Assembly: GCA_944372435.1 (NCBI GenBank)
Contig: CALVZD010000001.1
Coordinates: 1 to 60,662, forward strand
Direction of reading: 5' to 3'
From: an uncultured Clostridia bacterium
GTDB lineage: Bacteria; Bacillota; Clostridia; Christensenellales; UBA1242
Length of the DNA: 60,662 bases
Shown: positions 53,370-60,662 of the stretch, one piece after another
How positions within the stretch are numbered: the stretch's first letter is position 1
How the letters are laid out: every line of letters begins with the position of its first letter
Translations under genes and position numbers: made by a program
The notes under the pieces: model-generated
What the model was told of the DNA's origin: nothing
Databases searched by the model: none
Seen by the model: only the letters and a program-made list of their open reading frames with translations

Positions 53370-53396
53370 AAAAAAAGCTCGCGAGTGCTGCGAGCG
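53370..53396 (-). terminator. terminator of rpmF
   Basis: Reverse strand: GCTCGC-agcactc-GCGAGC followed by TTTTTTTATG. Confidence 0.7.
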
Positions 53397-53403
53397 TTTT
53401 GAA

Positions 53404-53451
53404 AACACAATATCTTGTGCGTATTATGACATAATAGCACCAACATATTGT
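53404..53451 (-). repeat. long imperfect hairpin abutting the rpmF stop; shares AACACAATAT with the polA upstream palindrome
   Basis: ACAATAT (53407-13) pairs with ATATTGT (53445-51). These enclose GTGC/GCAC and TATTATG-a-CATAATA. Confidence 0.6.
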
Positions 53452-53452
53452 T

Positions 53453-53647
53453 TTAAGCTTTTTTCTTCTTATCCACTTCGATTACGGTTTGGTTTTTGTA
53501 TGTTCCGCATTTCTTGCAAGCAGCGTGAGGCGCTTTCATTTCGTGGCATTGTGGGCACTCAACAAGCGTTGGAGCGGTTGCCTTAAAGTTTGCCGAGTTT
53601 CTTGCATTTCTTCTCGCTTTGGATACCTTACCCTTTGGAACAGCCAT
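53453..53647 (-). CDS. rpmF: 50S ribosomal protein L32 (Cys4 zinc-ribbon form)
   Basis: MAVPKGKVSKARRNARNSANFK..CPQCHE..CKKCG. Confidence 0.95.
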   Translation of the reverse strand: MAVPKGKVSKARRNARNSANFKATAPTLVECPQCHEMKAPHAACKKCGTYKNQTVIEVDKKKKA

Positions 53648-53678
53648 GATTTCCTCCTTTAAGTTTTGTTACTTGACT

Positions 53679-53707
53679 ATTATAGTCATATCAAACATCT
53701 TTGTCAA
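53679..53707 (-). promoter_or_regulatory. sigma-A promoter of rpmF
   Basis: Reverse strand: TTGACA, 17 nt, TATAAT. Confidence 0.75.
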
Positions 53708-53718
53708 GCGTTTTTGCG

Positions 53719-54924
53719 TTATTTTTTAAGTCCAGCAAGTTTTAGCGTGTCGCGTGCGATCAGCAGCTCTTCATCGGTTGGCAATCTGAATGCCCTGATC
53801 GTTGAGCCTGGCAGCGTGAGCTCTTCAACAGTGCCTCGTGGGAGCGTCAAGTTTTTCTTTCTGTCAAACTTCACGCCCATGTATGCGAGCTTGTCAAGCA
53901 CATATTCGCGCAGGTCCTCTTGATTTTCGCCTAAGCCTGCTGTGAACACGATGGCATCTGCCCCACCGAGCACGTTGAGCATAGCGCCGACATATTTTGA
54001 AATGCGATAAAACAGCATGTCGCGAGCAAGGAGCGCTCTTTCGTCGCCCTCACTGATGAGTTTGTTGATGTCGCGCATATCGCTGCTTTTGCCAGAGATG
54101 CCAAGAACGCCGCATTTTTTGTTGAAGTAGTTGATCATCTCGTCGGCATTTAGACCTTTCTTCTTGCCAAGATAAGCCACAACAGTTGGGTCTATGTCGC
54201 CTGTTCGCGTGCCCATCATGAGCCCTTCAAGCGGCGTGAAGCCCATCGTGGTGTCAACACATTTGCCGTGGTCTATGGCAGTGATCGAAGAGCCGTTTCC
54301 GATATGGCAAGAGATGATTTTGAGCTCTTCCGGCTTTTTGCCCATGAGTTTTGCCGTCTCTTGCATGATGTAACGATGACTCGTGCCGTGGAAGCCGTAT
54401 TTGCGAACATGGTATTTTTCATAGTCCTCATATTGTATGCCATACATATAGGCAACTGGCGGCATCGTTGAGTGAAAAGCTGTGTCAAACACGACAACCT
54501 GAGGAGTGTTTGGCATAACCTCTCGGCAGCCCACCATGCCAGCAATGTTTGCTGTGGCGTGAAGTGGCGAAAGATCTTTCATCTTTTCGAGGTTTGCGAT
54601 GAGCTCGTCGGTGATTATCTCGGATTCAAAATACATCCAGCCGCCGTGCACGCATCTGTGCCCTATTGCAGCGATTTCGTCAAAAGATTTGATAACAGCA
54701 AGATCGCCTGTTGTGAGTTTGTTCAAAACAACTTTGAGCGCTTCGGTGTGATTTGGCATGCTGACCTGATCAACCTCTTTGCCGCCTTTTGCCTTGTATT
54801 CGATGAAAGAATCGGCAAGCCCAATCTTTTCGCACGCGCCTTTTGCGATGACGCTTTCATCGTTCATCTCAAAAAGCTGAAATTTTATCGAGCTCGATCC
54901 AGCGTTGATAATCAAAATTTTCAT
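53719..54924 (-). CDS. ackA: acetate kinase
   Basis: MKILIINAGSSSIKFQLF; 401 aa. Confidence 0.95.
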   Translation of the reverse strand: MKILIINAGSSSIKFQLFEMNDESVIAKGACEKIGLADSFIEYKAKGGKEVDQVSMPNHTEALKVVLNKLTTGDLAVIKSFDEIAAIGHRCVHGGWMYFESEIITDELIANLEKMKDLSPLHATANIAGMVGCREVMPNTPQVVVFDTAFHSTMPPVAYMYGIQYEDYEKYHVRKYGFHGTSHRYIMQETAKLMGKKPEELKIISCHIGNGSSITAIDHGKCVDTTMGFTPLEGLMMGTRTGDIDPTVVAYLGKKKGLNADEMINYFNKKCGVLGISGKSSDMRDINKLISEGDERALLARDMLFYRISKYVGAMLNVLGGADAIVFTAGLGENQEDLREYVLDKLAYMGVKFDRKKNLTLPRGTVEELTLPGSTIRAFRLPTDEELLIARDTLKLAGLKK

Positions 54925-55907
54925 TGTTTCTTCTCCTTTGCTTGCAGCACTGTGATTGCTGTGATTGTGACTATTTCTTCAACCGTGCAGCCGCGTGAAA
55001 CATCGTTAACCGGTTTTTTCAGCCCCTGCAAAATTGGGCCGATCGCCTGCATTCCGCCAAGAGATTGCATGGCTTTGTAGCATATATTGCCGGCGTTAAG
55101 GTCCGGAAAGATCAAGATGTTGGCGTCGCCTTTGAGCGGACTGTTTGGCGCTTTCAAAGCCGCCACATTTGGTTTTAGAGCCGCATCAAATTGCAGTTCG
55201 CCGTCGCTGATAACGCCTGGCTTTGAAAAAGCTTTGGCAGCCTTTTGCACTTTTTCAACCTTTTCGCCCTTTGCACTGCCATGAGAGGAAAAAGACAAAA
55301 AGGCAACCTTTGGAGGATCTATGCCAAGAAGTTTTGCGGTGTCAACCGTTTGAGATGCGATTGTCGCAAGCTGGTCGCTGGTTGGATCCACCATAACGCC
55401 GCAGTCAGCCAGCAGCAGATCCTTGCCTTTTAAAAAGTCGTTTTTGCCAAAAAGCAGCATGCTGGATGAAACGATCCCACCTTTTTTTGCAGTTTTGATG
55501 ATCTGCAAAGCTGGGCGAATGGTGTTTGCCGTGGAGGTTTCCGCTCCACACACCATGCCGTCTGCGATGTCAAGGTCAACCAGCGCTGTTGCAAAGTAAT
55601 ATGGATCCATTGCAAGCTTTTCTGCCTCTTCCATCGTCATCCCCGACTCTTTGCGCTTTGAGTAGATATGCTTTGTCACCTTTGTTTTGAGCGGACTTGT
55701 TTTTGGATTCATGATTGTAAACGAGATCAGTGACTTGTCTCTGATCACAAGGCTTGATTCATCACCGATCAAAATCGGAGTGCAAATCTTTTTCTTTTGC
55801 AAATATTTTACCGCAGTCAAAATTCTATCGCTAAAACCCGCCTCTGGAAAAACTATGCTTTTGTTTTTTGATCGGGCTTTTTTATACAAACTTTTTATGT
55901 TAAACAT
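54921..55907 (-). CDS. pta: phosphate acetyltransferase
   Basis: 328-aa PTA_PTB domain. Overlaps ackA (ATGA). Confidence 0.92.
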   Translation of the reverse strand: MFNIKSLYKKARSKNKSIVFPEAGFSDRILTAVKYLQKKKICTPILIGDESSLVIRDKSLISFTIMNPKTSPLKTKVTKHIYSKRKESGMTMEEAEKLAMDPYYFATALVDLDIADGMVCGAETSTANTIRPALQIIKTAKKGGIVSSSMLLFGKNDFLKGKDLLLADCGVMVDPTSDQLATIASQTVDTAKLLGIDPPKVAFLSFSSHGSAKGEKVEKVQKAAKAFSKPGVISDGELQFDAALKPNVAALKAPNSPLKGDANILIFPDLNAGNICYKAMQSLGGMQAIGPILQGLKKPVNDVSRGCTVEEIVTITAITVLQAKEKKQ

Positions 55908-55968
55908 TTTTTCAATTCCTTTAATAATTTTTTAAGATTTCAAGTAAACATATAAAGTATAAAAAATT

Positions 55969-56916
55969 TTGTTTGTTGTTGTCAAATCTTTCGAGGTGCT
56001 TTTGAAAAAAATTAGCAATTTTGTGACCGTTTGCGTTTTGATTTTGATTTTTGCGATTGCTCTGTCTCCTGCAAGATTCATCGAGTCCGCCTCGAACGGC
56101 CTGCTGGCTTTTGCAACAAAGGTTCTGCCCTGCACTTTGCCTTTCATGATCCTGACAAAACTTGTCATCGAACAAGGAAACCTCCAAAGATTTTGCAAGA
56201 TTTTTGCCAAGCCTTTTAAGAAATTTTATGGGACAAGCGAAAGCGCAAGTTATGTGTTTTTTATGAGTGTTTTGAGCGGATATCCGGTCGGATCCAAAAT
56301 GGTGGCAGACCTGTATGAGAGCGGTAAAATTTCGCGAACCGAAAGTTTTAGGATGTGCTCCTTTTGTTCGAATTCTGGCCCGATGTTTATCGTCGGCACA
56401 GTTGGTGCGGTTTTGTTTGGCAGCATAAAAATCGGCTTTATTTTGTTTTTTTCGCACCTGTTGTCTGCACTGTTAAACGGCTCACTCTATCGCAAGTTGA
56501 AGGCGACTGAAAGCGCACTTTTTGAGATAAAGGCGCAAAACAAAGAGCCGATGCAATTTGGCGAAATAGTTTCAAGTTCGGTGAGCGCGTCGCTGAATGT
56601 TGGAGCGATCATTTGCCTGTTTTTCATAATAATAGACGCGCTTTCGCCGCTTTTTTCGCTGCTTCCTGCGTCGCTAGTTCCGCTTGCCGAAGGTCTTGTC
56701 GAACTGACGCGCGGCTGCATCGATGCCTCGAGTTTGCCAACCTTTGCTGGTGCGACAATTTGCAGTTTTGTGATAAGTTTTGGTGGTTTTTCGACGATCA
56801 TGCAGTCAAACGCGATGTTAAAAAAACTGAAAATGCCGGTGTGGCTATTTTCAGTTCAAAAACTTTCTCAGGGCACAATTTCTGCCGCTATAACAACCTT
56901 GCTTTTGCTTTTTTAA
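55969..56916 (+). CDS. ylbJ: sporulation integral membrane protein YlbJ (nucleoside-recognition domain family)
   Basis: LPCTLPFMILTKLVIEQG..LSGYPVGSKMVADLYESGKISRTE..SNSGPMFIVG parallels B. subtilis YlbJ. The start is uncertain: TTG at 55969, or TTG at 56002 after GAGGTG. Confidence 0.75.
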   Translation: MFVVVKSFEVLLKKISNFVTVCVLILIFAIALSPARFIESASNGLLAFATKVLPCTLPFMILTKLVIEQGNLQRFCKIFAKPFKKFYGTSESASYVFFMSVLSGYPVGSKMVADLYESGKISRTESFRMCSFCSNSGPMFIVGTVGAVLFGSIKIGFILFFSHLLSALLNGSLYRKLKATESALFEIKAQNKEPMQFGEIVSSSVSASLNVGAIICLFFIIIDALSPLFSLLPASLVPLAEGLVELTRGCIDASSLPTFAGATICSFVISFGGFSTIMQSNAMLKKLKMPVWLFSVQKLSQGTISAAITTLLLLF

Positions 56917-57707
56917 AACTTTGATTCGTGGTCGAGCTGCCTTTGCAAAATGTCATCAAGCTCGCGCAGATTGTGTCTGATCGATTTCACGCCCTTGGCG
57001 GCATATTTAAGGCCACGCACAAGGCCGAAAACCAGGTCAAAATCCTGCTCCATGCAAGCGATGATTATGGCGTGGCAAATTGAGATGCAATCGCGTTTTT
57101 GTGCGTCGAGGCGCTCATCTTCCAGCCTTTCAACCATCTCAACCGCAACATCCTTTGCCATTACAAAGGTCTGGCACATTCCGCTTTTGTCGCGGAGATA
57201 ATTTGACGCACGTTCGATTGGAAATGGAACAACTTTGAGTTTTTGCTCAGGCGTCATCTCCTCTTCTGGGATCTCGGGAGCTTCAACCTCTTCATGCTTT
57301 TCAGGAGCAACACTGAACGCCTCTGCGATAAGATCTCTGAAAGGCAAAATGACGTTTGTCATAAATTTTTTGCCGTCAAGTTTGCCGTCGTCGTTAAAAT
57401 AAGTCATGACAAGTTCGTCAAACGAGATTTTTTTGTTCCCAACATCTGCCAAGATGCAAAAAGCGAGTGCCAAAATTTTGTATTCCTCTTTTGGTAAAAC
57501 AAAAAGCTTGGCGCCAGAGGCATCCTTTGTGAAGGCTTTTTCAAACTCCTTTTCTTTGTTAAAATTATTCATGCAGTCTGACAGAAGCTCATAAACCTCG
57601 GGACAGCTTGCGATCGCCTCCAAAAGCTTGTCTATCTTTTGGTCAGCAAAAAGCAATTTGCTCTCCATAAGCTCGTTGCAGATTGAAATGACATCATAAG
57701 CTTTCAT
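56913..57707 (-). CDS. hypothetical protein, 264 aa, acidic central linker
   Basis: Trimmed to MKAYDVISICNEL with an AAGGAAGAG SD. No domain recognised. Confidence 0.55.
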   Translation of the reverse strand: MKAYDVISICNELMESKLLFADQKIDKLLEAIASCPEVYELLSDCMNNFNKEKEFEKAFTKDASGAKLFVLPKEEYKILALAFCILADVGNKKISFDELVMTYFNDDGKLDGKKFMTNVILPFRDLIAEAFSVAPEKHEEVEAPEIPEEEMTPEQKLKVVPFPIERASNYLRDKSGMCQTFVMAKDVAVEMVERLEDERLDAQKRDCISICHAIIIACMEQDFDLVFGLVRGLKYAAKGVKSIRHNLRELDDILQRQLDHESKF

Positions 57708-57763
57708 ATCACTCTTCCTTTTAATATATTTTAGCATAAATTAAATAAAAAACAACAAAAAAT

Positions 57764-57792
57764 TTGCAATATTAAAAAAAAACTGCTATTAT
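57764..57792 (+). promoter_or_regulatory. sigma-A promoter of the DUF4364-like gene; leaderless geometry
   Basis: TTGCAA (57764-57769), 17 nt, TATTAT (57787-57792), ttaagc, ATG (57799). Confidence 0.45.
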
Positions 57793-57798
57793 TTAAGC

Positions 57799-58359
57799 AT
57801 GGACAGCATAATATCAGACGAAATCAACAACGAAGAAAAGGTTAGAACAAAATTAACCCTGTTGTTTTTTATGGAAAAAATGGAAATCCCGCTCACAAAA
57901 AACTCTATTCTCGACATCTGCTCGATCGAAAACGATTGGATCAGTTATATGGACTGTGTTGCAATCATTTCGGAGCTTTGCGAGACAGGCTTTATTTACA
58001 AAACCGAAAACGCTGAAAACGATGAGCTTTACTCAATCACCTACACCGGCAGAGAGTGTTTGGCTCAGCTTTATAAGCGCGTTCCATATGAGCTGCGTGA
58101 GCGCATGACCGAATATGTTAAACTCAACAAACTCTCTGTCAAGACCTCGCAGGAATACACCTCGACATATGTAAAAAATGAGGATGGCTCCTACACCGTT
58201 ACGCTGCGCATCTATGAGCCGATGATTTCAACGCCTATGTTTGAAATCAAGATCAAAGCGCCGTCACGACAGAGCGCAATCGAGGCCGATCAAAAATGGA
58301 AGAGGCAAGCCCCGAATGTCTATGAATTTGTCTATGAAAATTTGGTAAACACCGACTAA
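57799..58359 (+). CDS. DUF4364-like putative winged-helix protein
   Basis: 186 aa. The N-terminus KLTLLFFMEKMEIPLTKNSILDI..ISELCETGFIY fits the wHTH pattern of that family as I remember it. Confidence 0.5.
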   Translation: MDSIISDEINNEEKVRTKLTLLFFMEKMEIPLTKNSILDICSIENDWISYMDCVAIISELCETGFIYKTENAENDELYSITYTGRECLAQLYKRVPYELRERMTEYVKLNKLSVKTSQEYTSTYVKNEDGSYTVTLRIYEPMISTPMFEIKIKAPSRQSAIEADQKWKRQAPNVYEFVYENLVNTD

Positions 58360-58362
58360 CCC

Positions 58363-58415
58363 GCCGGAAGCCGCTCGCTAGAGCGCGAGCAAAAAAAGCC
58401 CTCCGGCTTTTTTTT
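58363..58415 (+). terminator. compound GC-rich terminator after the DUF4364-like gene
   Basis: GCCGGAAG ... CCTCCGGC encloses GCTCGC-tagagc-GCGAGC and is followed by TTTTTTTT. Confidence 0.6.
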
Positions 58416-58604
58416 GACTTTTGCGCAGCTGTTTGTTTTAAGAAAAGTGCTTTGCTTTTGTCAGCTCTCCGTTTTAAAGCGAGAAAGCGGCCGAATCCGC
58501 TCGCCCAAGGCGAGCCCCAAGTGCCGCGCGGAGGCGGCGGTTGGGATGCTTTTGCGCAGCAAAAGGCAGCTTCGGCCGGGGCTCCGGAGACAATTTAGAA
58601 AATT

Positions 58605-59051
58605 TTAAGTTTTTGGCTTTATTTTTGCGATTTCGTTTCGAGCGATTTGGTCGCAGCGGTTGTTGAGTTCGTTGTCAGAGTGCCCTTTCACCTTGTGCCA
58701 GCGCACGATATGCCCTTGCATGGCTGAAAGCAACCTTTGCCAAAGTTCGACATTTTGAACCGGCTTTTTGCCTTTGGTGCGCCAATTGTTCAAAAGCCAA
58801 AAGCTGATCCAATCCTGCAAAAAGGCATTGACGACATATGCCGAATCGCTGAAAATGTCGACCTCACATTTTTCTTTTAACGCTTCAAGACCGTTGATAA
58901 CTCCGAGAAGCTCCATTCGATTGTTGGTTGTGAGCTCCTCGCCGCCTGAGAGCACTTTTTCGCGCCCAAGGCTTTGCAAAATTGTCGCCCAACCCCCTGC
59001 TCCTGGGTTCCCCGAGCAAGCTCCGTCAGAATATAGCACAACTTTTTTCAA
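58605..59051 (-). CDS. rnhA: ribonuclease HI
   Basis: VLYSDGACSGNPGAGGWA..TNNRMEL..DSAYV..WHKVKGHSDNELNNRCD. Confidence 0.92.
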   Translation of the reverse strand: MKKVVLYSDGACSGNPGAGGWATILQSLGREKVLSGGEELTTNNRMELLGVINGLEALKEKCEVDIFSDSAYVVNAFLQDWISFWLLNNWRTKGKKPVQNVELWQRLLSAMQGHIVRWHKVKGHSDNELNNRCDQIARNEIAKIKPKT

Positions 59052-59452
59052 TCTTGCATCCTCAACTTTTTTGCAACTGACTCCAAAGTCTGCTTTTTTG
59101 ATGCAGGTCTCATTTCAAGCTTTGCTCCGTCATTGTGCATTCTTGGAAAGATGTGAACGTGAAAATGCGGCACAGCTTGTCCGGAGGCCTCTTTGCAATT
59201 TGTTGCAACATTGACGCCCTCGTATCCAAGGTTCAAAAAGTGCGAAGAGATTTTTTTTGAAGCGAGCATAACCTTGTTGAAAGTTTTTTCATCACAAGTG
59301 TCCATGTCTGAAACGTGTTTTTTTGGAACAACGAGAGTGTGCCCCGGCACATCGTTTTCTATATCCAAAAAGGCAAAAACGTCGCTGTCTTCATATATTT
59401 TAAAGCAGCCAATCTCCCCTTTGATAATTTTGCAAAATATGCAGTCTGTCAT
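59048..59452 (-). CDS. HIT-family nucleotide hydrolase/transferase
   Basis: CIFCKII plus the histidine triad HFHVHIFPR. Confidence 0.9.
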   Translation of the reverse strand: MTDCIFCKIIKGEIGCFKIYEDSDVFAFLDIENDVPGHTLVVPKKHVSDMDTCDEKTFNKVMLASKKISSHFLNLGYEGVNVATNCKEASGQAVPHFHVHIFPRMHNDGAKLEMRPASKKQTLESVAKKLRMQD

Positions 59453-59542
59453 ATCTTTCTCCTTTTAGTTATGACAATTTTAACACATTTGCAATATTTC
59501 TCCAACAAAAAAATATCACAAAAATCAAACGAAGTTCTAAAA

Positions 59543-59572
59543 CAAAAAAAGCCCTAACTTTGAGTTAAGGCT
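59543..59572 (-). terminator. terminator of the right-edge gene
   Basis: Reverse strand: GCCTTAAC-tcaaa-GTTAGGGC followed by TTTTTTTG. Confidence 0.7.
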
Positions 59573-59587
59573 TTTGGCTTTGCATTT

Positions 59588-60662
59588 TTAAATTTTCCAT
59601 TCAGAAGGAATTTGGATTGGAGAATAATTTTTTTTGAGTGACTCGCTGGCGTCGAGGATTTGGTAGTATTCATTTATTGCACTTGAATCCTTCATAGCTT
59701 TCAAAAATTTGTCGATCGCTTCATCAAACACTTTTTTATCAATATTTTTATCAACAATGTAGAAGCCTTTTTCATCGCAAAGAATATTTTCATCTTCATC
59801 AACTTTCAAAAGGCTGTAAGGTGAAATTTTAAGTTTGTCAACACGGTTAGTAATCTTTTTGAGGTTGCTGTTGATAATGCCGCAATCTCTCTTTTGCTTT
59901 TCAGACAAATTTTTATAGTCTTCTGCTGCGTTGTTTAACATGCTGTTGTATCTGAAATTTGCAACATCATACAAAGTGAGCATTTTTGAAAAATCGTCAA
60001 CTTTTGCCTTTTTGGCCTTAATCTTTGCGATCCTTTCTTCTTTTGCAGCTTTTTCAGCTTCTTCGGCTTTGAGTTTTTCTGCTTGTTTTGCCTGATAGAT
60101 TGGCAAAAGCTCTTTGTCGGCAGCGGCAACAAAGTCAAGTTCTTGCAAGTCTGCGTTCATCAATTCATTAACCATTGTTTTGAGACGTTTGAAGAATGGA
60201 TTTTTGTTTTCCAAGCGTTCGTCAGCCACAACTGTGTGAGCGATATTTTTTGCAACTCTCATTGCAACATAGTCATAACTTAAACCAAGTTTGTTCTTTT
60301 CGTAATAGTTAATAAGATCAACCAATCCTGCAATTTTTTCAGCACCCCCAAAAGTTCTTTGTTCGCGCATTTTTGCTGGAACAAATTTGCCGTAAAGCAG
60401 ATCCTCGACAACATTATGTTTGCGAGAGACATTTCTCACCAGAATTTCATTTTTGAGCATATTTTTGACTTTGTTATATGAGTTTTGAATTGAAACAATA
60501 TCTCTATCTAAAAAGCCTTTTTCAGGTTGAGTTTCTGCCTTATAAACTGTTGCAACATAAAGCTTTGCGTTTTTGATGATGTTTGCAGCTGCTGCCTTTG
60601 ATTTTACGTAGAGATCCTTGAGCACTTTCTCATTTTTTTTGTCACCCAAAAACTCAAGAATA
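59588..60662 (-). CDS. hypothetical protein with a central Lys/Ala/Glu coiled-coil-like segment; 5' end may lie beyond the window
   Basis: The frame stays open to the window edge. The tracked start at 60649 is a TTG with no stop upstream. No domain recognised. Confidence 0.5.
   Translation of the reverse strand, partial: ILEFLGDKKNEKVLKDLYVKSKAAAANIIKNAKLYVATVYKAETQPEKGFLDRDIVSIQNSYNKVKNMLKNEILVRNVSRKHNVVEDLLYGKFVPAKMREQRTFGGAEKIAGLVDLINYYEKNKLGLSYDYVAMRVAKNIAHTVVADERLENKNPFFKRLKTMVNELMNADLQELDFVAAADKELLPIYQAKQAEKLKAEEAEKAAKEERIAKIKAKKAKVDDFSKMLTLYDVANFRYNSMLNNAAEDYKNLSEKQKRDCGIINSNLKKITNRVDKLKISPYSLLKVDEDENILCDEKGFYIVDKNIDKKVFDEAIDKFLKAMKDSSAINEYYQILDASESLKKNYSPIQIPSEWKI

Noticed and set aside
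58480-58600. SRP (4.5S/scRNA) or another known housekeeping RNA in the GC-rich spacer
   Set aside because: I could not find the SRP domain IV motifs (GGAAG...AGCAG symmetric loop context) on either strand. It is left as an unclassified structured region.
58414-58608. Arg-rich 64-aa ORF in the GC-rich spacer
   Set aside because: Its composition is driven by the GC-rich hairpins. It has no SD and overlaps the rnhA stop.

Overview
This window is a core chromosomal segment from an endospore-forming Bacillota, probably Clostridia-like. I call about 71 genes, and all but three lie on the minus strand. Synteny blocks, listed in ascending coordinates (the reverse of transcription order): ruvA/ruvC, yebC, the infC-rpmI-rplT operon, proS, xseBA-nusB-asp23, the full spoIIIAA-AH operon, efp, truB-nrnA-rbfA-infB-ylxQ-ylxR-nusA-rimP, rseP-cdsA-uppS-frr-tsf-rpsB, secDF-yajC, T-box-controlled thrS with ytxC, DUF1292-ruvX-polA, rarA, RNase P RNA, sigK, ftsY-smc-rnc-plsX, rpmF, ackA-pta, ylbJ, and rnhA/HIT. 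I recognised no tRNA, rRNA, CRISPR array, transposase or integrase.

The most interesting observations:
1. A 509-aa PolC-like protein (N-domain, OB fold, DEDDh exonuclease) sits in the polC slot but has no PHP or polymerase module.
2. A 451-aa protein with a divergent diadenylate-cyclase (DisA_N/DAC) fold lies directly downstream of an uninterrupted sigK and upstream of rnpB.
3. Five genes (ruvC, ruvX, polA, rarA, a DUF4364-like gene) have a good sigma-A promoter whose -10 box ends 6-7 nt before the ATG and have no Shine-Dalgarno. This suggests leaderless mRNAs.
4. Several small intergenic repeat families are present: two copies of a GC-clamped three-hairpin element, a 30-bp x 4.5 tandem array, a 32-nt AT-rich hairpin that abuts stop codons, and ACACAAT dyads.
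5. An AT-rich islet carries a SLOG/DUF1273 gene, an XRE repressor and palindromic operators.
6. An unannotated 42-codon Lys/Ser-rich ORF has a strong SD and a terminator.
7. Lys/Glu/Ala-rich C-terminal tails recur on unrelated proteins.
8. Several conserved operons have lost members at these loci (no pyrH, dxr, fab/acpP or full polC).

All calls come from reading the sequence and ORF translations. No database search, folding or GC computation was run.
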